From an uncultured Chlamydiae bacterium (GTDB taxonomy: Bacteria; Chlamydiota; Chlamydiia; Chlamydiales; JAJFMB01): a stretch of 64,000 bases of DNA. The stretch is from contig CAVOJR010000001.1 in the NCBI GenBank assembly GCA_963696295.1, positions 672,001 to 736,000 of the forward strand. Reading direction: 5' to 3'. Position 1 is the first letter of the stretch, and each line of letters opens with the position of its first letter. The position numbers and the translations under genes were made by a program. The notes under the pieces were generated by a model, which was given only the letters and a program-made list of their open reading frames with translations, did no database searches and was not told the DNA's origin. Positions 9,924 through 19,692 of the stretch are shown here, piece after piece.

Positions 9924-10397
9924 ATGTCACGTAGACGTCGCGCTGAAAAGCGTACCATCGATCCCGATCCGGTATACAAAAGCGAGGTTTTAGCCAAATT
10001 CGTCAATAAGGTGATGCTAAGCGGCAAAAGATCTACAGCTCAAAGGATCATTTATAATGCGCTGGAAAAATTCGCCAAACGCGTAAAAGTGGAAGATCCG
10101 CTCGAAGCATTCGAGCAGGCTCTCGAAAACGCCAAACCTTCGCTTGAAGTGAAATCCCGCCGTATCGGCGGCGCCACTTATCAGGTTCCTATCGAAATCC
10201 CTTCCAACCGCCGTATCTCTATGGCCATGAAGTGGATCATCAACTACGCTAGAGCCAAAGCCGGCCGCTCCATGGAAGACGGTTTAGCCAGCGAACTGGT
10301 CGATTGCTTCAACAATCAGGGATCAACGATTAAGAAAAAAGACGACACGCACCGCATGGCCGAAGCAAACAAAGCCTTCGCGCATTACAAGTGGTAG
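9924..10397 (+). CDS. rpsG: 30S ribosomal protein S7
   Basis: [27 protein letters not shown]. Confidence 0.99.
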   Translation: MSRRRRAEKRTIDPDPVYKSEVLAKFVNKVMLSGKRSTAQRIIYNALEKFAKRVKVEDPLEAFEQALENAKPSLEVKSRRIGGATYQVPIEIPSNRRISMAMKWIINYARAKAGRSMEDGLASELVDCFNNQGSTIKKKDDTHRMAEANKAFAHYKW

Positions 10398-10404
10398 GAG
10401 GAAT

Positions 10405-12501
10405 ATGGCAAGAGATAAAAACAATCAGCTGAAAGACGTCCGCAATATCGGTATCATGGCCCACATCGACGCCGGTAAAACGACCACGACTGAACGCATA
10501 CTCTATTACACCGGCCGTCTGCACCGCATGGGCGAGGTTCATGAAGGCGCAGCCACGATGGACTGGATGGAGCAGGAACAAGAGCGCGGCATCACCATCA
10601 CATCCGCAGCGACAACGGTATTCTGGAAGGGCGGTAAGATCAACATTATCGATACCCCGGGCCACGTCGACTTCACCATCGAAGTGGAGCGCTCGCTCCG
10701 CGTTCTGGATGGCGCCGTCGCCGTATTCTGCTCCGTATCCGGAGTGGAGCCGCAGTCGGAAACGGTATGGCGGCAAGCCGACAAGTACGGCGTACCGCGC
10801 ATCGCCTTCGTCAACAAAATGGACCGCACAGGCGCCGATTTCTTCGACGCTGTCAACACGATGAAAGAAAAACTCCACGCCAATGCCATCCCTGTTCAGT
10901 GCCCTATCGGCGCCGAAGGGGAGTTCAAAGGCATGGTCGACTTGATCAAGATGAAAGCGCTGGTTTTCCACGACGAGACGCTTGGAGCCGAATGGGAAGA
11001 ACAGGAAATCCCTGCCGACCTCAAAGAAAAATGCCACGAAATGCGCATGGCGCTTCTCGAGGAATTGGCTACCATCGATGAGGCAAACGACTCGTTCATG
11101 ACGAAAGTGCTCGAAGATCCCGATTCTATCCCTCCCGAGGAGATCAACGCAATCATCCGCAAGGGCGTTTGCGAGAACAAATTCAACCCTGTTCTTTGCG
11201 GATCAGCCTTCAAAAACAAAGGGGTGCAACAGCTTCTCGACGCCGTCATCGCCTGGATGCCTTCACCGCTCGACCGCGGACAAGTGCATGCTCACGATGT
11301 CGATACGGGCGAGCCCGTCCTGATCGAGCCTGCCGATGACGCGCCTTTTGCCGCTCTTGCTTTTAAAGTAATGACCGACCCTTACGTGGGCCGTCTGACC
11401 TTTGTCCGCATCTACAGCGGAACCTTAGTCAAGGGGATGACCCTTCTCAACAGCACGAAAGGGACCAAGGAAAGGATCTCCCGCCTGATTGAGATGCACG
11501 CGAATACCCGCAATGAGAAAGATGAGTTCTATGCCGGAGATATCGCTGCCTGTATCGGCCTGAAAACCGCCAGCACAGGCGACACCCTTTGCGATGCCAC
11601 CAAGAAGCCTTTTGTGCTTGAGAAGATGGAATTCCCAGAACCGGTTATTTCCATGGCTATTGAGCCTAAATCAAAAGGGGACCGGGAGAAACTGGCGAAC
11701 GCCTTAAACGCCCTGTCTGAAGAGGATCCGACTTTCAGAGTCACCTCTAACGAAGAGACTGGCCAGACCATTATCTCCGGTATGGGCGAGCTGCATCTTG
11801 AGATCCTGCATGACCGTATGAAACGGGAATTTGGCGTAGAAGCCAATGTGGGCAAGCCGCAAGTTTCCTACAAAGAGACGATCACAATCCCCGGCTCAAC
11901 ACAAACCAAGTTTGTCAAGCAGTCCGGCGGACGCGGTCAATACGCGCACGTCGAGCTGGAGATCGAGCCGAACGAAAAAGGGAAAGGCAATGAGATCGTC
12001 AGCAAGATCGTGGGCGGTGTCATTCCCAGGGAATATATCAACCCGACCATTGAAGGGATTAAAGATGGTCTGGCTACCGGAGTTTTAGCCGGTTACAATC
12101 TAGTCGACGTTAAAGTGTTCATCGTCTTTGGATCTTACCACGAGGTAGACTCCAGCGAGATGGCCTTTAAGATTTGCGGATCGATGGCGATCAAAGAAGC
12201 GGCCAAAAAATGTAAGCCGATTATTCTAGAACCGATCATGAAAGTGGACGCCACAACGCCGGAATCGGCGATGGGCGATGTCATCGGCGACTTGAACCGC
12301 CGCCGCGGACAGATTGTGGGACAAGAGAATCATAAAGGCGCTGTCATTGTGCATGCCGAGGTCCCATTATCAGAGATGTTTGGCTACTCGACACAATTGC
12401 GCTCGCTCTCCTCTGGCCGGGCGACCTATGTGATGGAACCAAGCCACTTTGAGCGCATCCCGCAAAAACTACAAGATGAAATTGTTAAAAAAGGATCATA
12501 A
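10405..12501 (+). CDS. fusA: Elongation factor G
   Basis: [33 protein letters not shown]. Confidence 0.99.
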   Translation: MARDKNNQLKDVRNIGIMAHIDAGKTTTTERILYYTGRLHRMGEVHEGAATMDWMEQEQERGITITSAATTVFWKGGKINIIDTPGHVDFTIEVERSLRVLDGAVAVFCSVSGVEPQSETVWRQADKYGVPRIAFVNKMDRTGADFFDAVNTMKEKLHANAIPVQCPIGAEGEFKGMVDLIKMKALVFHDETLGAEWEEQEIPADLKEKCHEMRMALLEELATIDEANDSFMTKVLEDPDSIPPEEINAIIRKGVCENKFNPVLCGSAFKNKGVQQLLDAVIAWMPSPLDRGQVHAHDVDTGEPVLIEPADDAPFAALAFKVMTDPYVGRLTFVRIYSGTLVKGMTLLNSTKGTKERISRLIEMHANTRNEKDEFYAGDIAACIGLKTASTGDTLCDATKKPFVLEKMEFPEPVISMAIEPKSKGDREKLANALNALSEEDPTFRVTSNEETGQTIISGMGELHLEILHDRMKREFGVEANVGKPQVSYKETITIPGSTQTKFVKQSGGRGQYAHVELEIEPNEKGKGNEIVSKIVGGVIPREYINPTIEGIKDGLATGVLAGYNLVDVKVFIVFGSYHEVDSSEMAFKICGSMAIKEAAKKCKPIILEPIMKVDATTPESAMGDVIGDLNRRRGQIVGQENHKGAVIVHAEVPLSEMFGYSTQLRSLSSGRATYVMEPSHFERIPQKLQDEIVKKGS

Positions 12502-12504
12502 TTC

Positions 12505-12840
12505 ATGGCAAAACAAGATAAACAGACGAAAAGTCTCAAACCAAAGATCCGCATCCGGCTCAAAGGTTTCGACCAGCGCCTGCTGGACCGATCCACAGCC
12601 GATATTGTGGAGACAGCCAAGCGCACCGGAGCCGGTGTCGCCGGGCCGATTCCCTTGCCGACGCGCAAGGAAATTTTCACTGTGCTAAGATCCCCTCACG
12701 TTGACCGCAAGTCTCGTGAACAGTTTGAGATCCGCACCCATAAGCGTTTGATTGATATCCTCAATCCAACCGGAAAAACGATTGACGCCCTCAAAACACT
12801 GACCCTTCCTGCCGGCGTTGACATCAAAATCAAAGCTTAA
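12505..12840 (+). CDS. rpsJ: 30S ribosomal protein S10
   Basis: [37 protein letters not shown]. Confidence 0.99.
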   Translation: MAKQDKQTKSLKPKIRIRLKGFDQRLLDRSTADIVETAKRTGAGVAGPIPLPTRKEIFTVLRSPHVDRKSREQFEIRTHKRLIDILNPTGKTIDALKTLTLPAGVDIKIKA

Positions 12841-12849
12841 AACCAGTTT

Positions 12850-12880
12850 AGCGCTCTCAACTTGAGAGCGCTTTTTTTTT
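12850..12880 (+). terminator. Rho-independent terminator after rpsJ
   Basis: AGCGCTCTCAA-C-TTGAGAGCGCT followed by a T run. Confidence 0.9.
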
Positions 12881-13693
12881 ATGATTCTCTCTTATTTATT
12901 TGAACATACCCCTACCTGCACAGGCTTTGATGATTTTGACCATAAGCCGATGGTTACGACGAATGAAATTAATTCCGGATCCATCATCGGGGAGATGGGC
13001 ACAAAGGCCCCCCAAGGCAATTTGATGGTGGCCGTATCGGGCTTTTTTGCGCTCAACATCTTCGCTGTCCGACAAAATCTAGATTATTTGCTGCTTTTAG
13101 ACCGCGGCACGAAGGTGCATCACTTCTGGCAGGAAACCAAAAGAATCATCGAAAACACAGACGACCATTCTCAAGCCTGCGAAAGCCTAATGAACATGAT
13201 TGAGCGAAATCAGGAATATTATTATTCCGGTCATTCTCAATATAGCCCTGAATTCATCAAGAATATTATCATTCAGGATTTGGCAAGAGAGGTGCTAAAC
13301 GGGACCAGCTGGTTATCGACTCAGTCAAAGTATTGGCGCATCAAGACCCTTTTCCACTTAAATCGCATAGAATTCAAACAGGTAGACTTATGCAATCCCA
13401 CACCCTTAAAATGGATCACTACGGCGATTAATATATCAGGCCTTTCCGTTGATATTATTTATCTCTCAAATGTGCAGGAATACGCTGCCAAAGAAAAAAA
13501 ATTAACCCTGTTTTACAAAAGTCTCAAACCCCTCATTGCTCCCGCCACCTGGATCATCGATGCCCATGAGGGCCCCGACAACTTCCTTTTACAGCGCATT
13601 TTCCAAAAAGGCACGCGAGAATTACGGCATTGTCTAAAGGCGGGTGCACCCGTGGCACACCCAACCGATTTGCCCATCAAACCTTTACTTTGA
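12881..13693 (+). CDS. Hypothetical protein, possibly Rossmann/SAM-methyltransferase-like
   Basis: 270-aa ORF; LLLLDR, FKQVDL and VDIIYLSNVQEY segments resemble class I methyltransferase strands (weak). Confidence 0.5.
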   Translation: MILSYLFEHTPTCTGFDDFDHKPMVTTNEINSGSIIGEMGTKAPQGNLMVAVSGFFALNIFAVRQNLDYLLLLDRGTKVHHFWQETKRIIENTDDHSQACESLMNMIERNQEYYYSGHSQYSPEFIKNIIIQDLAREVLNGTSWLSTQSKYWRIKTLFHLNRIEFKQVDLCNPTPLKWITTAINISGLSVDIIYLSNVQEYAAKEKKLTLFYKSLKPLIAPATWIIDAHEGPDNFLLQRIFQKGTRELRHCLKAGAPVAHPTDLPIKPLL

Positions 13694-14981
13694 TTTGCGG
13701 GTGGAATCTGATTTGGCTCGTGACAAAATAGCTGTCCAGATCCAATTTGCGCGAAGAGGAGATTTGAGGATGTTGTTTTAATCCACTCTTTTGAATTTTT
13801 TCATTCATGCCGATCAAAAGCTGTCTGACAGTCAGATGGTAGCCATGCTCTTCCAGCGTGGAATAATAGGCCGCCGTCATCGCACCGGATCCTTCCCCAT
13901 GGACGGTTCCTCCATCAGCGCTGGTCTCTTTATCCTCGCAGCCGCTGATCATAATCACACTGCCAAAACTTAAGTCGTCAGTCGTCTCCTCGGCTTTAAT
14001 GGTCTCCTTGCCACTGGCGATCTCAAAATAATAGTTATGAGGGAGATCGAGCATGGATCCGCTATGGCAGCAGTCCAGCGTGAAAACGGCCGCTGCATCT
14101 TTATCGAGCGTTTTTATTAAATCATTTAATTCATCATCGGCAATGAATTCAAAATCTGCCGCGACCATGTCATCATCCAGACCATCTTTTTCACTGCCTT
14201 TCTTTTTCTCCGGCGTTCTTGTTCCATGTCCCGAATCGTGGACGTAGAGGATGGAATTCGGATTCTTTTTGATAGCCGCATTAACATCGGCAATCGCAGC
14301 TTTAATTTGGTTGATGATGTTTTGTTTGGTCGGGTAAACCTCTTTAGCTTTATATTCACTTAAGTCTACCATCAGGGTGATGTCGTCCGGCTCAGATCCT
14401 GTATTGAGCAACAACTCTCTGATATGTTTCGCATCGTTGACGCAGTTGGATAATCTATATTGGCCGTTCTTGACTTCAGGGTAGTTGCATCCAATGACCA
14501 CAGCTCTTTGCACCGGCACTCTTGTAGCCACAGACGTAGGATGGCCGCTTGGGGTAGGAGCCGGTTTGGCGGGAGAAGTGGGTAATTTTGTTTCTTCTTG
14601 ATGGTGGTAATGGTAGGGGAAAAATTGCGAGAAAAAGGCCAGGTTCAACACTTTCTCTTTTGGCTCCAAAACCAGGGCTGCCGCTCTGATGTCAAACCAG
14701 TGCTTGGACTGATTGAGGCGGTGCAGGATAAGATCCAGCGCGAATGTTAAGACCGGCAATGAGACAAAATAGGTGGCGGTAAAAGTCAGCCCGGTCGCAC
14801 TTATTGAAGCAGCGGCGATCGGGTAGGCGAGGATGCTGGCCAAGGCCACGGAGGTGACAGCGACGGCTATGTCTCTCAAAGTGTTGTAAGCATGAGGAGA
14901 GGTGCGCTCCGCTTTGCCGATATAGGCTAACATGTACATATTATCAATATGTGGGGATAGTGACGTTGAAGGGGTTGACAT
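13677..14981 (-). CDS. Metacaspase (peptidase C14) with N-terminal hydrophobic hairpin and Pro-rich linker
   Basis: RAVVIGCNY, CVNDA, PTKQNI, HDSGHG (catalytic His), DCCHSG (catalytic Cys), SGCEDKETSAD, GAMT, QHPQISSS; AAGGAG RBS before ATG at 14981. Confidence 0.9.
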   Translation of the reverse strand: MSTPSTSLSPHIDNMYMLAYIGKAERTSPHAYNTLRDIAVAVTSVALASILAYPIAAASISATGLTFTATYFVSLPVLTFALDLILHRLNQSKHWFDIRAAALVLEPKEKVLNLAFFSQFFPYHYHHQEETKLPTSPAKPAPTPSGHPTSVATRVPVQRAVVIGCNYPEVKNGQYRLSNCVNDAKHIRELLLNTGSEPDDITLMVDLSEYKAKEVYPTKQNIINQIKAAIADVNAAIKKNPNSILYVHDSGHGTRTPEKKKGSEKDGLDDDMVAADFEFIADDELNDLIKTLDKDAAAVFTLDCCHSGSMLDLPHNYYFEIASGKETIKAEETTDDLSFGSVIMISGCEDKETSADGGTVHGEGSGAMTAAYYSTLEEHGYHLTVRQLLIGMNEKIQKSGLKQHPQISSSRKLDLDSYFVTSQIRFHPQIKVKV

Positions 14982-15177
14982 ATTTGTCTCCTTTTTAAAA
15001 TATTTACTACACGTCCCCTTACCGTAGGTGGTAAGGAAAAAATACAATTGTCAACTTTAGCCGTAGTAAAATTTTTAAGTCAATTTATTTTTGATATATA
15101 GCAGTAATTTTATTAACGCACCCCGGAGCGTGTTGTCCGAGGAATGCGATAAAAAAAGATTACCGTGGGAAAATATG

Positions 15178-16338
15178 TCAGCGCTGAATGCCTAACTTAT
15201 CGGCTTGCCGGGCGGCTTCGGCAAAGGCCGCAAAGACTTGTTTGAGGGCGGCCGGCTGTTCCTTGATCCGTGACACCACTCTTTTTTGAAAGGTTGGGTT
15301 GAGCAGGGCCAGCATGACAAATTCCGATTGAATACCAAAGAATTTGCCCGTCCCGTTCGCCCAATCTCTGACCTTGTCCACCGTAATGGACTTCCAATCG
15401 GCCCCTTCCTGGGAATCTATCAAATGAGCGGTCACCCGCGTTTCACGCCAGGCGTGGAGACCGTTGCGCGTATCGGCCAGGTCTATCCCTTCAAAGATCA
15501 CCTCTTCCTGCCCCTTTTCATTTACGGGCGTGAATTTAAGCTGCATCATATCGCCCCTCTCAGCAGCCACTTCCAAATTTCCCGAAGGACCGATCCGAAA
15601 AAAGGCCTGATCCGTGGAAGGGTTTGGACCGAGCAACCGGAATTTGAGGTATTTTTCCTCCAAATGCTGGTTGCCGAGCTTAAGATGGCGCAAGGGGTAA
15701 AGCGGGAGACCGGAAGGGGTTAGCTCATAATCTCCGTAACTTTTTCTTTCCTGTTTGAAATCGATCTTACGAAAGACCAGAGTCGAATCATGGGGAATGT
15801 GTTGCCCGGGGTTTTGCCATGTCTTTCCCTGATCTGTTGAATATTCATTACCTTTGACCAGAACATGGCTTGGATCCAGCTCCATGAACCCAAGCGACTC
15901 CTTGTAGCCGTCGCCAAAGATCCCATCGGGACCAAAGCGCCCATTTTCCGGAAAATAATTCAGAAAGGAAAGGGGAAATACCTCATATGAATCGCTATCC
16001 GTTTTCGTCATATTTTGAGATGTTACCCGCTGCACTTTCTCATAGACCAATTTGCCCGGTTTATCAGATAGGATTCCCTTTTTTGTTAAATAGGTATAGA
16101 TTCCTTGAAATTTGTCGATTTTTTTGACTAGCAATAGAAAGGCCTCATCTTTAGTGAGCTCTTTATTGAGGAATTTGACCTCTTTTTCCAAAAGGGCATT
16201 AATTTTGCCGCTGTGGGTTTCTTTATAGCAGCCGAACAACCGACGGACAATCCATTGAAAAATATTCAGCTTTTTAACAGTTAAAGTATTCTCAGCTGTT
16301 ATTGCCACATAATTATACGTCGGAAATATCGCCTGCAT
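15178..16338 (-). CDS. Degenerate NUDT9-like protein lacking the Nudix box (paralog of 16610-17989)
   Basis: Aligns by eye with the neighbour (FGCYKETHS, YS.D.GKTW, GLP.YP.R, LGPN, D.RN..H.W.ET, LLNP.FQK, AARQADK), but GG...REF.EE and AGDDA are absent. Confidence 0.75.
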   Translation of the reverse strand: MQAIFPTYNYVAITAENTLTVKKLNIFQWIVRRLFGCYKETHSGKINALLEKEVKFLNKELTKDEAFLLLVKKIDKFQGIYTYLTKKGILSDKPGKLVYEKVQRVTSQNMTKTDSDSYEVFPLSFLNYFPENGRFGPDGIFGDGYKESLGFMELDPSHVLVKGNEYSTDQGKTWQNPGQHIPHDSTLVFRKIDFKQERKSYGDYELTPSGLPLYPLRHLKLGNQHLEEKYLKFRLLGPNPSTDQAFFRIGPSGNLEVAAERGDMMQLKFTPVNEKGQEEVIFEGIDLADTRNGLHAWRETRVTAHLIDSQEGADWKSITVDKVRDWANGTGKFFGIQSEFVMLALLNPTFQKRVVSRIKEQPAALKQVFAAFAEAARQADKLGIQR

Positions 16339-16419
16339 AATATAAACCCCAAGTTGGTTTATTATGCATCATATCAGAATTGGTAAATAGAGAAGGAATA
16401 ATTTACCAAAAATTAATAA

Positions 16420-16567
16420 TCTCGACTTTACCCAATTTTTGAGGGAAGATTTTTAAAGAGGCAATCTCCAGCGTAATGAATTTCGAAGGATAGGGTGTTT
16501 ATACCCATCCTGAGAAATTCATTTAGCTGGAGGCAGTCTCTTTGAAAAGATGAGGGCAAAGCCGAGA
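16420..16567. repeat. ~148-bp imperfect palindrome (MITE/REP-like)
   Basis: TCTCGACTTTACCC..CTCCAGC..AATGAATTTC..AGGAT.GGGT pairs with ACCCATCCT..GAAATTCATT..GCTGGAG..GGGCAAAGCCGAGA. Confidence 0.75.
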
Positions 16568-16568
16568 G

Positions 16569-16596
16569 AAACCTCTTGAGTTTCCCCAAGAGGTTT
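16569..16596 (-). terminator. Hairpin terminator after the NUDT9-like gene
   Basis: AAACCTCTTG-8 nt-CAAGAGGTTT perfect 10-bp stem, 13 nt past the stop codon. Confidence 0.6.
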
Positions 16597-16609
16597 ATTG
16601 GAAGAGGGA

Positions 16610-17989
16610 TTAGGCTTTTGCGAAACCTGAGAGGCCCATTTTGTCGGCCTGTCTTGCGGCTTCAACAAAGACTCCGAGCAGTTGTTTTACCTGTTCCGGA
16701 TTATCTTTAGCCTTAGCGATGGCATTCTTTTGGAAAGCAGGATTGAGCAGAGTCATAACGACATACTCTGTATGCAAAGCGAAGAGCTTCTCTGTTCCAT
16801 TGAACCAATCGTTAAGGGTTTTGGCGTCAATGGTCAGCCATTTGGCTCTTGAAGCATCATCTCCGGCTTTTAATTTTTCCCACTTAGGAGCTTGCTCCTT
16901 ATCCAGGACAAGGGCATTCACGCTTGTCTCCATCCAGCCATGGCGCGTATTGCGAAAATCCGCGGCATTAGGACCGTGCCAGATGAAATTCCAATTATTA
17001 TCATCATTGAGATACTTTAAGCGATCCCCTTTGGCATCCTCGGCTGCTTCCTCAATAAACTCTCTTTTTGCAGCGCCCAGGTTTTTCTCGCCATGATCGC
17101 GCATACCGCCGGTTAAAGCCCACTCATTTTCGTTTTTGCGGTAAACGACAGCGAGCTCCAAAGCGCCAGTTTCTGGATTGAAGCGGAACACTTCGGCGTC
17201 GCCGGCATGGTTCGGCCCTAATTTGCCCAGCTGAAGCTGCGGGTTGTCAGGTTTTTGTTTGTCATCAAGCTGAATATCGCGGTAAGGATAAACGGGTAAA
17301 CCGTTTTTTGAAAGTTCGTAGTCGCCGCTGTAGCTGGCTCTATCGTCTGCATTAAATGCAATTTTGCGATGAGGCAGGGGTTGGGCTGCACCTGAGGCAG
17401 AGGAATATTCCCAAGTTTTGCCGCCGTCAACGGAATACTTGGTTTTTTCAACAGTCTTATCACCCTCTTTTACTTTTTCTTTCTCTACTTGAACTTTGCT
17501 TCTATCGAGCTCTACAGGACCTTCACCATCCAAATAGCTATCTCCAAACATTCCCAATTTGCCGTGTACGCCGGCATTTGGAGCGGCATGATAAAGCGGC
17601 GCTGTTCCGGAAAAGACTGTATTCGGATCTGTGTCTGCAGCAGGAAGCGCATCTGCCTTTTTGCACGGTAACTTGCGGAAATCAATGCTGGCCGGCTTCT
17701 CGGATAAAATTTTGCTGTTAGTTAATAAGACGTAGACACCTGTAAAAGTATGAATTTTTTTGATTAAGGTAGCAACAGGACCATTTTTACTAAAATTATC
17801 AACAGTAGTGACACGCATTTCAAGATGATTATTTATAGTTTTTGAATGAGTTTCTTTGTAGCAGCCAAAGACTTTGCGAAGAAAACATTCAATAAGATTC
17901 AAGTTTTTATATTCTAATTTTTCACTATCCTTACTTATAGCCACAAATTCATATGACCAAGATGGCATATATTTTGTTATAGATTGCAT
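16610..17989 (-). CDS. NUDT9-like ADP-ribose pyrophosphatase (Nudix) with effector-like N-terminus
   Basis: LGKLGPNHAGD, EWALTGGMRDHGEKNLGAAKREFIEEA (Nudix box), DFRNTRHGWMET, LKAGDDA..AKW and LFALH match the NUDT9 motif series. Confidence 0.88.
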   Translation of the reverse strand: MQSITKYMPSWSYEFVAISKDSEKLEYKNLNLIECFLRKVFGCYKETHSKTINNHLEMRVTTVDNFSKNGPVATLIKKIHTFTGVYVLLTNSKILSEKPASIDFRKLPCKKADALPAADTDPNTVFSGTAPLYHAAPNAGVHGKLGMFGDSYLDGEGPVELDRSKVQVEKEKVKEGDKTVEKTKYSVDGGKTWEYSSASGAAQPLPHRKIAFNADDRASYSGDYELSKNGLPVYPYRDIQLDDKQKPDNPQLQLGKLGPNHAGDAEVFRFNPETGALELAVVYRKNENEWALTGGMRDHGEKNLGAAKREFIEEAAEDAKGDRLKYLNDDNNWNFIWHGPNAADFRNTRHGWMETSVNALVLDKEQAPKWEKLKAGDDASRAKWLTIDAKTLNDWFNGTEKLFALHTEYVVMTLLNPAFQKNAIAKAKDNPEQVKQLLGVFVEAARQADKMGLSGFAKA

Positions 17990-18071
17990 ACTATTATCTC
18001 CCCTTATAAAGTTAGGTTAAAAGTAACATTTATATCAATTTAATAAATAATTGTCAATAATAATTATTAAT

Positions 18072-18506
18072 TTAATCTTTTTTCCAAATTTTACCTTCTA
18101 TGATGCTGCGAAATTGGTCTTGCGAGGTATACTCGGCATGCACCCCATACTCCCCGTTATCCTGCAACTTGAACGATTCGAATCCCTCAAGGCCGCTTTC
18201 GCCGCGGAACTCCCAGGCGATCCTCTTCTCATCGATGACGCCTGTCCCTTGCACTTTGCCTATCAAATCATTTTCTAAAGTAATGACAAAACTTTCCCCT
18301 TTGATCTCGGACAAAATAAAGCGGTTAAAAACCTGTTCATTCGCTCCTTGCATTTCTACAACCTGCACGCATTCAATGGTCCCGTTTTTCAGCCCATTGG
18401 CCTGCCATTTAGTATAAAAGTGCAAAACCTCGGGAGAGGTGCTGAACGTCACCCGCCCTTCGCCTATCCAAAAACCTGGTTGAAAGATGAAATGGTGTTT
18501 TTCCAT
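18072..18506 (-). CDS. Hypothetical protein (all-beta, lipocalin/DUF6314-like)
   Basis: 144-aa ORF 14 nt downstream of rodA on the same strand; N-terminal G.W.GEG motif. Confidence 0.65.
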   Translation of the reverse strand: MEKHHFIFQPGFWIGEGRVTFSTSPEVLHFYTKWQANGLKNGTIECVQVVEMQGANEQVFNRFILSEIKGESFVITLENDLIGKVQGTGVIDEKRIAWEFRGESGLEGFESFKLQDNGEYGVHAEYTSQDQFRSIIEGKIWKKD

Positions 18507-18520
18507 GTCGCGATTCCTTG

Positions 18521-19666
18521 TTAAAACATAAAGCGGCGGCTATAGATGCTTTGCAAAATGCCGAGCGCACTCATGGTGGACAGAATAGACGAGCCGCCAT
18601 AACTAATCAAGACTAAGGGCACACCGGTGATCGGCAAAATGCCGCTCATCATGCCGACGTTCACTAAAATGTGCATCGCGAGATAGACCGTCACCCCGGC
18701 GGACAGGAGCCTGCCAAAATGATCTTTAGCCACGGCCGTCACCTGAAAGCTGAAGCAGAGCAGGGCGTAAAAGAGCCCGAGAAGCACGGAAAGTCCGATA
18801 AAGCCAAACTCTTCGGCAAAGGCGGGAAAGACCGAATCGGTGTAAGCGGCGGGCAGCCAGCCCCTTCTCGTAAATTCGCTTTTGCGCCAGCCGGTGCCGG
18901 TCAGGCCGCCGATAGCAATTGCGGTCGAGGCGGCCTTCTGGTGGGGGGTGTTGGGGTCAAGGCGGTCGAACTGATACTCCTTCAACACTTTCGAGGCGTA
19001 AGGGCGGAGGTCCTCGTGGTTCACCACCCCTAAAAAAATGAGCGCGACCACAATCAGCATGGAGGTGCCGATGGCCGACAAAATCTTGATCACAAGCGGA
19101 TGCACCTGTCCAAAATAGAGCATGACTAATGTAATGGGAAAGAGCACGAGAGCCGTGCCAAGATCGGGCTGCTTCAAGATCAAAAGGAAAGGGATGCCGG
19201 CGATCAGGCCGGCGTAAAAAGTGGTCTTCCACTCTTTGGCCATGCTGTGGTGCTTCTCCAAAAACCAGCTCAGGGCAATCACGACAATCAGTTTGGCGTA
19301 TTCCGAAGGTTGAAAACTGATGCGGAGAAAGGGGAGGCGGTACCAGCGGTGCACCCCTTGAATCGGGGCGGTAAAAAAAAGACCGATGAGAAGAAGCAGC
19401 ATCCCCCCATACATCACCCACGTCCACTCCCGCAGCTGGTTATAGTCAAAAGCGGCAAAGAAAAGAAAGACGCCCGTTCCGATCAAAAACCACTGGATCT
19501 GCTGCTGCACCACCGGCGTCAAAAAAGGCTCCTCAACCATTTCAGAGACAGTATCAACGGTATTTGCCGAGATGACAGCCAGACTGATCAGCATCAGGGC
19601 GGCCAATATCGGCAGGACGCGAAAATCGATTCTTTTCAAATATTGAAAATTCCACATATAATCCAA
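18521..19666 (-). CDS. rodA: SEDS peptidoglycan polymerase RodA
   Basis: HRW, FQPSEYAK, KQPDLGT, LPAAYTDSVF, LPITGVPLVLISYGGSS. Confidence 0.92.
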   Translation of the reverse strand: MDYMWNFQYLKRIDFRVLPILAALMLISLAVISANTVDTVSEMVEEPFLTPVVQQQIQWFLIGTGVFLFFAAFDYNQLREWTWVMYGGMLLLLIGLFFTAPIQGVHRWYRLPFLRISFQPSEYAKLIVVIALSWFLEKHHSMAKEWKTTFYAGLIAGIPFLLILKQPDLGTALVLFPITLVMLYFGQVHPLVIKILSAIGTSMLIVVALIFLGVVNHEDLRPYASKVLKEYQFDRLDPNTPHQKAASTAIAIGGLTGTGWRKSEFTRRGWLPAAYTDSVFPAFAEEFGFIGLSVLLGLFYALLCFSFQVTAVAKDHFGRLLSAGVTVYLAMHILVNVGMMSGILPITGVPLVLISYGGSSILSTMSALGILQSIYSRRFMF

Positions 19667-19692
19667 TATACTGTGCTAAAAGGAAATTTGCA

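Noticed and set aside
10330..12680. Alternative-frame and antisense ORFs over fusA/rpsJ
   Set aside because: Fully overlapped by unambiguous conserved genes.
12505..12880. rpsJ following fusA without tufA or the rest of the S10 operon
   Set aside because: This is the normal chlamydial arrangement; useful for taxonomy but not novel.
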